Source of the DNA: Antechinus flavipes
Lineage: Eukaryota
Reading direction: 5' to 3'
Assembly: GCF_016432865.1 (NCBI RefSeq)
Contig: NC_067399.1
Span: forward strand, 441,006,001-441,070,000
Length of the DNA: 64,000 nt
Made by a program: the position numbers and the translations under genes
Notes under the pieces: generated by a model
Seen by the model: the letters and a program-made list of their open reading frames with translations, nothing else
Told to the model about the DNA's origin: nothing
Database searches by the model: none
Part shown: positions 34,480-45,730 of the stretch, piece by piece
Position numbering within the stretch: the first letter of the stretch is position 1
Layout: each line of letters starts with the position of its first letter

Positions 34480-36400
34480 GCTGAATTGAACTAGCCAGCG
34501 GGCGATCGGAAAGCACACACCACTCGTGTTCTCAAAAGGTGGCAGCGGCTGGCCCGTGGGCACCAGCCCGGGACTTCGGCACTGAGCATGTGCAGGATGC
34601 CAGCTGGGAACAGCACGGGTGGGGCTGGTCCCGTGCAAGACGCTGCGAGGACCAGGAGAACTAGTAACTGCGGGCGTGCCTCAGCCGAGGCAAACTCGCC
34701 CGGCGGAATACCGCTTTCCCCGCCTGCAGGACCTATAGCGCAGCGGGCAGGACGTTTGCGGGTGGGTGTGCCCACGCTGCTTCCAGGGTGCACAGAACAT
34801 GTGCGCGCTCGTGCAGTGCGTGCACCCGCCCGCGTGGGGGAGTTGTGCACGTGCGTAGGCGCGCTCCGCACTGGAGTATAGTTGTGCTTTGTCGTGCACG
34901 TCTGATTGGATGTCGTTGTGCACGCATGTTTCCTACCCGCCCTCCGCCCCGTATGTAAGTGCACGCCCATCCAGTCCTACCCGTGGTCGCGTGCGCGTGC
35001 ACTCCCGCTCTGTTGGGTTAGCTTGGGGTTGCCTGTGTGCATCCCCCCACCCCCTTACCCTGCATCTCCAGGGCGGGCACGTGCACACACGAGCGTGGAC
35101 TCCCTGCGTGCACTCGACGCACTGTATTGCGTGTGCGCGTGCATGTGTTCCTAAATCCGTCCCTTCCCGGGCCCCCCCTCAACCCCCCACCCCTCCACTG
35201 CCGCCGCGCCCCAGAGCCCAGGGAAGGAGGGAGGGGGAGAGGCCGGGGGAGCCGCCGCGCGGCCGGTGACGCGGGCCCGGAGGTGGGGCCGCGCGCGGGG
35301 CTTTAATCCAGAGGCCCCTCCCCTTGCAAGTACATCAGCGGAGCGGCCGGGGCTGAGCGAGGGAGGAGGGTGAGTTGCAGCCGCCCCCACCGGGCTCTCC
35401 CTGTCTCCGTGCGCCCTCGGCTCTGGCCGAGCCACGAGCCGCCGCCTTCTCTTCCCCCAGCGCGGGCGTCCCGCGACCGTCCTGGTGTCCGGGCCCGGGC
35501 CCCCGAGCGCGCAGCCCAGCGCCGCCGGACCGGCCACGCCGGGGCTTTGTGCCGGGAGCGGGCGGGGCGGGGCGGACTCCGGCTTCCTCCCAGGCTCCGG
35601 CCTCTGGCAGCCAAGGGGACTCCTCCTCCCGGAGCAGACCGAGGCACTGCTGCCTCCCCGCCCTCTGTCTGTGTGTCTCTGTCTCTCTCTCTCTCCTCTC
35701 TTCCTTCTCTCCCTCTTCTGTCTTTTTCTGTCTCCGCCCCTACGCCCCTCGGGTCTCATGGCTTTGTGTCTGGACCTCTTGAAGCAATGTGAGTGGAAGC
35801 GATTTTGTGGTTTTTTGCCCCCCCCCAATCCGCGCCAGCATGAGGGGCCGAGTCCGGCCCCGGGGGCTCGGCCCGGCTCGGCTCTGTTCTGCTCGGCTTG
35901 GCTCGGCTCGGCTTGTGTGGCTGGCCCCGGAGGGAATGCTCGAAGGCTCGTTAACAAAGCGGGGCTGGGGGCCCACGCCCTGGGAATGGGGGAGGGGGCT
36001 GCCGCTTTGTGCGCGGGGGCGCGCGGGGGGGAGGGCCCCCGGCTTGGCGGGGGGCTGCTGCCGGAGCTCTCCAGGAGGTGGACGGGAATGGAGCGGACTC
36101 TGCTTGCCTGGCCTGGGCCGACCCGACTCTCTGCTGCCACGGACTCTGCGCTATTTTAACCTGCCTGGGCTATTTCAGATCCCCACAGGATATGAGCTCA
36201 GCTCCCGTTTATTTCTGGGAGCCTGGCTTTGGGGTGGGGAGAGGGAGATGCCGGTTACTCAGCTTGAGTTGGCCTCTACTAGCCCCCGGAGCCCTGGGCA
36301 GCTTCCCCGAACTGGTATTTTTAAGGACAAACTTTGCAGGGGCCTCTCCGCCTTCCGGGGCTTTCTTAGGACCCTGACTTCAGCCAGCATATTACCCCAG
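34480..36400. promoter_or_regulatory. DLGAP4: Intragenic CpG island / internal promoter of short DLGAP4 isoform(s)
   Basis: Very GC- and CpG-rich against an AT-rich, CpG-poor background. Many GC boxes (CCGCCC/GGGCGG), an inverted CCAAT at 34905-34909, G-runs. Contains the MALCLDLLKQ exon. Confidence 0.9.
35758..35788 (+). CDS. DLGAP4: Coding part of the alternative first exon of the short DLGAP4 isoform, MALCLDLLKQ(C), phase 1
   Basis: ATG GCT TTG TGT CTG GAC CTC TTG AAG CAA T|GTGAGT. Phase 1 matches the end of exon 5. Peptide matches the recalled human short-isoform start MALCLELLKQC. No AG between ~35644 and 35782, so it is a first exon rather than an internal one. Confidence 0.88.
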
Positions 36401-38659
36401 TTGTACCATCTTCTTCCCACTGAGGGACAAGGATTCAGAACATCTCAGCTATATAGGGATAAAGAGGAATTAATCTCAATGTGACATTATGGAGATTCTC
36501 CCTGATGATAGTTGGGAGGGAGAGAGGAAGGGAAGGAAAGCTGTCTATCTGTAGAAAATGCAGTTGGCATCTATTGTAGATTCAGTTTATAATGATGGGT
36601 AATTAAGCTGGGCATGTAATGATAGGCGGGTGTGCGCCTTTGGGAAGGGTTGTTGAAATAGTCTGTTGTATTTTCCATCCTCTCATGTTAGAGCCTCCTC
36701 CCTCTCTCACCCTTCCCTTCTTTTTTAGCCTCCTTTGGTTGTCTCCTGCCTCCTTTTTTTTTTCTTTCTTTCTTTTCTTTTTTTTTCTTTTTTCTTTTTG
36801 GCTTGTTGCACTAGCTGACAGCTTTGTTCCTGAGAGGGAGTGACTCAATGTACCCAGAGTTGAGCCCTACCCTATCCACCCCCTTCTCTGGGTGACACAG
36901 CCCCAAGCAGCAAAAAGCTCTTCCTCCTCAACCCCCAATTCCTTCCATCAGTCTTGCAGGGGAACAAAAACACAGAAACACAGAAGGAAATTCTAAAAAG
37001 AGTGAGGTTACTTGAAAAATCTCAGAGCCAGGAGACTTAAGGATCATTCATTCCAACCCCTTCATTTTACAGATGAAGAAACTAAGGTTCTAAGAGAGGA
37101 ATGGACAGTCTTTTAGGACATGTCAGTTCAGTGGCAGCTTGAGAGAGATAATAAGCATGTATATATAGCACCTACTAAGTGCCAGGCACTGATTTTATTT
37201 GAGCCTTTCCTCCTTTTAAAGTAGGGCCAAAACTAGGAAATAATCTAAGGAAGAGGGGGGGGAGGGGAATCAATGAGATATAGTGGAAAGAGAAACTGAC
37301 ATGAGAATAAGATGTTTTAAATAAGGTTTGTTTTGCTAATTTACTATGTGACCCTGAATTAGGCAATTTTTCTCTCTGAAAGATCTCCACTCACTTATAA
37401 TGGGGCTAATAAACGCTGCCTCTTGAAACACAGGGCTGGCGAAAGGAGATGACTATATTTAATAGAAATCTATACTTCAGAATTGGAGCAGTAATGCTCT
37501 CTATATTGCCCATCTAGCCACCAAATTGTGACAGGAGATGGGATGCTCATTGTCTCCTCTGGCCCCAAATTCATTTTGGGAGGGTTTTTTTTTTTTTTTT
37601 CCACATCTGTCCTTTGTTAATTGATTGTTATTAAGTGAATATAATAAGGGAAGGAAGGGAACTAGGTGACCTTTTGGTGGTCCTTTACCTATAAGAATCC
37701 TGCAGATTGAGGAGAAAGAAAGGCAGCCTAGGTCACCAAACTCTCTTTTTCATGACACTTTACTGATTACAAAGCACTTGTCACAAGGACTAGTGGGAAG
37801 GTACTGGAAGGAGCACTGGTTTTGGAGTCTGAGGACTTGGATTTGAATCCTTCACCAAGCTATTTGAGTGACCTTGGCCAAGCTACTCTGCCTCCTCTGT
37901 AAAGTGCAAGGTCACAGCTTCATGATCTCTAAGGTTCCTTGCAGATCTAATTCATATTGTGGTCTTATGAGAACTCACAAGTGGGGGAATTTGAGGTCCA
38001 AAGAAGGAAAGAAACATAACAAATCACATATACAAGTCAGGACTTGAATCCAGGTCCCTTGATGGTACCTGTCAGCTCTTGAATCAATTAACATTCTTTG
38101 TGGTGATGTTATTACTTGACTTCCCTGGATCTCAGTTCTTTCATCTGTAAAATTCTTTCATCTGTAAAATCAGTGGTTTAGACTAGATGGTCTTATAGAT
38201 TCTTTCCACTCTAAATCCTTGATCATCTGTGACCTAGTTCAGAGACAGCTGCAGTTGTCTAAGTGTGGGATGTCATGCTTAGAAGTAACATTGATGGATT
38301 GTTTTTTGGGGTAAAGGAGGAAGCTTAGATGAGCCTGGATAGTCTTTCCCACACACTCTTCCCCAACAGGTAGATATTGGAGGGGGTGGGGCAGTATTTA
38401 GGTGAGTGTTTTTATGGACTGAATATGTGTAAGAATCTCTAGCCTTGAATGCCTTGAGTTCTCTTCCTCCAAAAAAAAAAGCCACCTTTTAAAACCTCTA
38501 CTGCAGTAAGGGTGTTTGATAATAGGAAAAGAAGCACAATCTTCATCCCAGATAGGAAGTGATATAGAGTGAAGTTGCCTGGATCCCCCCCGATGGGGGG
38601 GTAAGGGGTGGGACAAGACCAGAGAGATGGGCTACTACTGCAGCAGGGTAGGGTATCAA

Positions 38660-38945
38660 AAACCAGAAATCCCAATCTCAAATCACCTTTGACTGTACTG
38701 ATCAGACAACATATCTCAAGTATTGTATTCCCTTCTGGATGCTGCATTTTAGAAAGGACATTATTGACCTGGAGAATGACCAGGAAAGAGCCACCAGAAT
38801 AGTGTAAGGCCTTGAGTCCAATGTCATTTGAGGGTTGGTTAATGGATGAAACTGTTTAACTTGTAGAAGAGGAAGCAAGGGAAGAGCTGGAGAAGAGGCA
38901 CTGGAGAGTGTGTCTTCAAGTGCTTAAAAGGCTATTATTATGTTT
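38660..38945 (+). mobile_element. CR1/L3 ORF2 3' fragment (similar piece near 45160-45520)
   Basis: agtattgt..tcc.ttctggatgctgcattttagaaaggacatt...ctggagaatgaccaggaaagagccaccagaatagtg..ggccttgag is a typical L3 motif. Confidence 0.65.
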
Positions 38946-41029
38946 TGTTTGGCTGTTGGAGAGAGAACTTGGGGAGGGGGGCGGAGCAAATGTAGGTTTA
39001 AGGTCGGCAAATACTTCCTGTGAAACCCATACTAAAGAACTGTGGACTTCCCTTAGGCTAGAGGGAGAGGATCCACCCCCTCTCTTTGGAGATCCTAAAG
39101 CTGAAGCTGGGCGTGTAATTCTAGAGATTCTTTTTCTTTTGGGTGAGTTGGACTAGCTGCCAGGGAGGTCCCTTCCAGTTTTTAGATTCTGAGTCACCAT
39201 CTGAATTCACTGTGGAGAACTAGGGTTGGGATTAGTTCTTAGATAGGCTGGAGTCAGATCCCTCTCGTCTTCCTCGGGGCCAGTCCCCTTAGTTCCTCAG
39301 AATTCTGAGATTGGGTTCAGAGAGAGAATAAAAATCTGTACCCTGGGCATATGAGGAAGCTAGCGGTCAAAAAAGACACAGGACCTATTCAATATCACAC
39401 AGTGGACTGATGCCAGCCCAGCTTTTGCAGGAAACGAGGAGCTATGAGTTGTCCTAGAGGTAGGAGAAAAGGGAAGTTGACAGGCCAGAGGAATCTCCCC
39501 AAACCAGGTGTTAAGACTGTTATTCCTTCCGTGAAAAGCTGGGAAGAAAAATTTAGATGAATCTTTGCCCTCATGGATTTTACCAACCAGCAAAGGACTG
39601 CAGCAGATAACTTTCACATCCATTTTTACTTAAATGCATTCAAGAAGTGGAAAACAAAGTGTTTTGTGAGGTCTGTGAGAGAAGATCCCGGGGAGATTGG
39701 AACATTTGAGTGGTGCTATTTAAGGCTGAGGGAAGACCTTCCAGAAATAGGAAATAAAGTGGGTAAAGGCACAAAAATGGAGCTGCAGGACATATTCAGG
39801 AGCGATAGACATGAGTCTCGTTAAGGTGCAACATAATGTGAATCAAGGGGGAGAATGGGAGAGACCAGAAAATAAGCTGCCTTGCTTAAAGGAAACATTT
39901 AATACATGCTTGTTGGATCTAATTGAATTGATAGCACCAGATTATAAAGAGTCAGGCAAAGAAATTTGAATTTTTCTAGACATTTGTGAATCCCAGAAGA
40001 TTTTTAACTTAATATTGGAAAGAGGTGACTAAGTGGAACAGGGATTCTGCCTTGAGCAGGCCTCTGCCTAGCTTATGCACTTACTAAATTTTTGGTCACT
40101 TTTAGAGCAGGAGAAGAAAGCTGACTGGTTCCAGAGTTGAAGAAATTATTCTAGGAAATCCAGAGAGAAAAAAATCCCATTGTCTTTGTAGAAAGAACAC
40201 TGTCTCTAGATTCAAAGCACTGCCTCAGACACTTAATTACCTATGTGTTCTTGGGCAAATCATTTAACTCCCTCTCTCCATCTGCCTACCCCAATGGCCC
40301 ACTCTAGATTGGTGCTCTCTTGAATGAGCTTCTGCCAGGGTGTAGTAGTCAAAAATTAAATATACAGGTTCCAAATATTTTGTTGTATAGATGCATCTCT
40401 CTTAATATATGTATGGTACCTCAGGATTTCAAAGAAATCTGGAAAGGCAGTCTCATGTGGCACATTTATCTGGCATGAGCCATTTTTAAGAAGGGTCATA
40501 GACACAAGAAGTAATTAAAACCTAATCATCAGACCATAATCTCTTGGCTCTCAATAAAATCCCGAACTAGAAGTCAGGAGTTCTAAGTTCTAGTCCTTTT
40601 TTTCCCATTAACTTGCTGTGTGACCTTGGTCAAGACTACAGCCCTCTCTGACTCTTAATGTCCCTTCCCACACTGGCATTCTCTGAGATTATGTGCTCTA
40701 CTCTGGAGTATACAGGAAATGCTAAGTGCCTTTACTCTTCATTTATCTTCATGGGGGAGGGGAACCCATTCTTTTCCGACTTCTTCCCTTAATTGCAAGG
40801 AAGGTCTGCAGATATCTTAGTCATGAGATGCCAGAGGGTTCTTAGGCTTCCATTGATAGTACAGATTAGGGAATGGAGATAAGTCGATCAGTAAACATTT
40901 ATTAATAAATCACTTACCTAACCTACGGTAAGTAGAAATTTGAAGTCCAGAGGTATATACTCCCATAGCTAGGAAGTCAGGACAAGGATTGAACCTGTCT
41001 CTCTTGAAAGAATCACTCTCTTTAGAGTA

Positions 41030-41295
41030 TAAGCAGCTTAGGTCAAGTAGATATTATAATGGATAGAATGAAAATTCTGGATTAAGGAATGCTCATCTTC
41101 CTGAGTTCAAATCCAGCCTCAGACATTTATTAGACATGTGACCCTGAGCAAGTCCCTTCACCCCTCCCTTTCACCCCCATTTACCTAAGTTTCCTCATCT
41201 GTAAAATGAGCTGGAGAAGGAAATGGCAAACCACTCCAGTACCTTTGCCAAGAAAATCCCAAATGGGGTCATACAGAGTCTAACACGACTTGACT
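41030..41295 (+). mobile_element. Mar1-like SINE
   Basis: ctcatcttcctgagttcaaatccagcctcagaca...gagctggagaaggaaatggcaaaccactccagtacctttgccaagaaaatcccaaatggggtca. Confidence 0.8.
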
Positions 41296-43079
41296 AAACA
41301 GCCAAAGTTGAATGGAAGCCCTTCTCCCTAAAAAATAGTGTCTCCTTTTGTTGTGGAAACTGATCAGTTTAATTCAAAGGACAAACTTTGTTCTGTGTGA
41401 ACATACTTGTAAAGCAGGCATCCTTATTGGCTTTCCAGTTCTGTGCAAGGGAGGAGATCTGCTCCCTCCTGTCCAGGACCGTCTGGTTCAACTGGGGCAA
41501 CCAGACTTATAATTAAAAATCTCTGGGAGACAGACTGTGATTGAATACCAAAATGAACATTACAAGGTTTAGTGGCACTGTGCTGGAGGCCTCTGAAGAT
41601 GCAGAGTTTACATGAAACACTATTCCTGCCCTCTGGAAACTCATGGACTTGAAAGGGAATACGATGCAAACAGTAGTAAACAAAATACATGGAATTATTT
41701 GAGTAAGCACATTAGAAAGGCATGAAAACATTACGAAAATAAAAGACACAGAGTTGGAAGGAACCAAAGAGACCATCTAATCCAAAGAAGGGGAGGAAGC
41801 ACTCTCTCATTTTTATAGATGAGAAGACTTCAGGGAACTGAGCAGGGGAGGATTTCTGGAGGGGATAGCATTTGAATTGGAAAGAATGGGTCAGAATTCA
41901 ATAGGCAAAAGAAGGGTATTCTAGACATAAGAAACAGCGTAAGCAAAAGAAGAAGTGAGTAGAATCATAAAATCACAGATTGAGAACTGGAAAGGACCTC
42001 AGGGGCCATTTAGTCTGTTCCTACCCCTCATTTTAGAGATGAGGAAACAGGCCCAGAGAAGTTAAGCAACTTGCCCGTGGTCACACAGGTAGTTATTATC
42101 TTCCTGTCTCTGTATTTAGCACTCTCCTCCTCCATTATACCAACCTGCCCCCCTACATTTGCAGATTGGCTATAGGTTAATCATAGGAGAGAAGACCAGC
42201 TAGGGGATACCAGATTGTAGAGGGCTTGGAATGCCACAGAGAAGTATTTTCATCAGAAGCTGTTCCACATCATCTCATCTGGCTTCCCAGCAATCAGGAG
42301 CGCTTCTAAAGGTCCTGCTGGTGTTCCCGTTTCCAGCTTCTGGGGTCAGTTATGGGCCCTGAGCATCCCTGGCACTTCGAGGGGAAACATGATCTGGCTT
42401 GCAGCTGTGCTGAGGAGTCCGCCCAGGCTCCCTCCCAGCTTCCAGGAAGTGCTCATGACCAGCTGGCCGGGGCCGGCCTCTGCCGCTTCTTACGCTTCAG
42501 CTGCGAGAGGCTTCCTATGACCCCATCTAACCTCTTGAAACTTGACAGTGGACAGAGTTTGGGGTCTTTTCTGGGTGATGTCTTTTCAAGGATTATTGGG
42601 GGAAATTGAGGGACTGCATACCCCACTACTGGTAAAGAAGGGTAGGACTCTCTTCAGCAAGCCTATACCCATTGCTGACTGTGTGCAGAGAAGGTTTAGC
42701 ATGGGATAATATTTGAGAGGAAAATGCTTTATCAGCCCTCGCCAGCACTTGAGGAAATTGGTCTAAGAGACTGTTTGCAGAGCATTATATTTAATGGACA
42801 TGATACAAATCACCAGTAATGGGTATGCTAGCTGTGAAAGTATGAGAGAGAGATTGACACACCAGGGTTGGGAAGATTAGGGAAGGCTGCTCTAAGTGAG
42901 GAGCTTGCATTTCTTAGGTTCCAAGGATCAGGAAGGGATGCAGTGTAGGGAAGGAACTCTGACTCTGGACTGGGGAGAAGAGTTCATATTCGTACGACTT
43001 GTGTTGCTTGCTTCCATGTATGACATAAGTCACTTCCATTTTTAGATTTGTTACCTCCTCTAAAAAGAGGTTTGGCCCT

Positions 43080-43412
43080 CAGTGGTTCTTAACCTGTAGT
43101 TTGTATACTTCTAAAAAATATTTAGGTAAGGGGCAGCTAATTGGTGTAGTGGATAGAGCACCATTCCTGAAGTCAGGAGGACCTGAGTTCAAATATGGTC
43201 TCAGATACTTAACACTTCCTGATTGTGTGACCCTGGGCAAGTCACTTAACCTCAATTGCCTCAGCCAAAAAAAAAAAAAATAGTAATTTAAATATTATTG
43301 GATTCCTTTGTAATTCTATGCATCTTATTTTATACATTTAAAATATTATTCTAAGGTTTCATCAGACTGACAAAAGGATCCATGACCCAAAAGAACTTTA
43401 AGAACTCTTTAT
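43080..43412. mobile_element. hAT (Charlie/MER5-type) MITE with a nested WSINE1-like SINE (43130-43281, +)
   Basis: Left end cagtggttcttaacct, right end aaagaactttaagaactc. A complete SINE with poly-A lies between them. Confidence 0.6.
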
Positions 43413-45562
43413 CCAAGCCTCCCCAGCCCCCCAGCCCTGACTCTCCATTTTTACAGATGAGGATCATGCAGCTTTCATGAAATAACTTGCTTGCTGTGGA
43501 AACAAGTACTAAGTACCAGAAGCAGAATTTGAACCTACAACCTCTAATTTCATATTCAGTTTCTTCCATTGGACTAGGCTTGGACTAGGAGGAGGCCTTG
43601 GAAATGGAATGGAAGAGGGATAAAAAGGGAAGGGCAAAGAAATGAATCACTGGTGAGATACTCAAAATGACTGCTGGCTTTGGTCACAGTTTGCTATTTA
43701 GCTTTGGACAAGTCCCTCACAGCTCTTCAGACCTCAGTTTCCTCATCTGTAATACAAAGGTATTGAAGTCATTTATCTCTTAAGATCTTTTCCACCTCTT
43801 TCATGCTATGTTGTATGACGTTAAAGCCAGAAGGGAGCTTAACAAACTTATAGATCAGGCCAGCTCATTTAATAAATCTGGGGGAATAGGATCTGAGTGA
43901 CCTAAAAGGATCAGCATAATAAACTATAATTTACTTGGTCCTCAAAGCTCAGGCTTACAAGGAAGGGGCCTCAGAGAGCATTTCATCCAATTCATGCCTA
44001 AGCAAGAATTCCCCCTACAACATCCCTGACAAAGGATTACTCAGTTTAAATCTTTACTGAAAGGGAACTCTTACCCAAGAGGTAGGCCCTCTGCCATCCG
44101 GATTCCACCCCACCTTTCCGGCCTTCTCTCATTGTCCCCTCCCTGCTCTTGCCAGTTACCTAAATGAATGATCTCTAGTGCTGAGCTCCCCCGCCCCCAA
44201 GCATGCTGACACTAGATGGGGGTTTTAAAAGCAGGGTGTGATTCTTCTATGAGTAACCTGTGGCTCCACAAGCCTTCTGAAGCCTGACGGTGAAGAGTCT
44301 GTGATCCTGGGCTCTCCAGGGATAACAAGTGGTCAGTTGTAAATGTGATTTCAAATACCACAAGCATAAGCACTAGTTTTTGTTTTTTTTGTGGGGAGAG
44401 GTTTTTTAATTAATGTTTTGCTTTTATGTCATCTCTGAACAAATCCCTCTCCTCTCCAGTCATCGCTCTTAACAAAGAATGAAAAATAAAGGGGGGAAAA
44501 AAGCAGTGTAGTAAAACTAACTAACATATCAACTGACAGCATATGCAGTATTCCACACCTGTAGCCCCCCCATCTTTACTAAGAAGGTTGGGGTATATCT
44601 TTTCAATTCCTGGGGCAGGCTTAAATGTTGTATAGTATTCATCTTTGGGAGTGGGGAGAGGTGTTCTTTGCATTTACATTTTTTGTGTTCTCTCTGTAGT
44701 TTTTTGTAGTAAAATTGTTTGCCACATTCTGCTTACTTCATTTTATATTACTTCATAAAGGTCTTCCCATTTTCTGTATTTTTAATCCATTGTTTTTCTA
44801 ATGTTCTCTTATGTTTTTGTACCAAAGTCCCCAATCAACAAACATCTACTTTGTTTCTAGTTTCTTGCCACAACAAAAAGGAATAGCTCTGCTTTTAAAA
44901 GCAAAAGTGGAGCCTTCTCCTATGAAATAACCCCATTGTATAATAGCTCACATTTCTAGGAGCTTTATGCTTATGTCATCTCATCTGATTCTCACAACAG
45001 CTTTCCAGCTGGCAGGTAGTTTATTGCTCAGTCCCTAATGTAAAACCTTCCCATGTTTCCACGATGTTAGAAAGTATCAGACCATATAGAATCAATCTCA
45101 ATATGTATCAACTAGATACATAGCTTCCCCCAAAAGGTAACACAATTGTCTCCTATGTTAATAGAGGTACAGTGACCAAAGTTTAAAAGGAGTTTGGCTG
45201 TCCCCTGGCTTCCCCTCTCCCACCTCTCCAGTCCCTTGTCCCATTCAGAGAGTTGAGGTTACTAGTGTCACATTTTAGGAGGGACATGTACAAACTAAAA
45301 AGGAGAGTCCAAAGGAAAATGACTCTGATGGTGAGGGAACAGGGCCAGGCTATCTAAGGATTAGTTGAACTCAACAGGGAGAATGTCACCACAGAGACAT
45401 TGTCATCTCCCCAACCATGAAGGCTTCCAAGAAGATATTCAGTGATCACTTCCCAGGGATCTGTCTTGTAGAGAAGGTTTCCTGATAAGATACAAATTGA
45501 ATTGGATGGTCTCTGTGATTTCTTTCAGCTCCTATTTGTGTACTATTAAAATGTACACTGCA

Positions 45563-45730
45563 GGGAAGCTAGATGGAGCAGTGAATAGAGCACTGGCCCT
45601 GGAATCAAAAGGACCTGAGTTTAAATTCTGCCTCAGACACTTACTAGCTGGGTTACCCCAGGCAAGTCACTTAACCCAGGTTGCCTCTCTTTCTCCCCTT
45701 CCCCTTGCAAAAAAAAAAAAAAAAAAAAAC
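45563..45730 (+). mobile_element. WSINE1/MIR-type SINE with poly-A tail
   Basis: gggaagctagatggagcagtgaatagagcactggccctggaatcaaaaggacctgagttt...aagtcacttaacc...A-run. Confidence 0.8.

Noticed and set aside
34228-36484. Many 80-329 aa ORFs on both strands in the CpG island
   Set aside because: Stop-codon scarcity in very GC-rich DNA explains them. Only the 31-nt MALC segment has homology and splice support.
38136-38170. 17-bp direct duplication ttctttcatctgtaaaa
   Set aside because: A trivial slippage event inside a MIR core.
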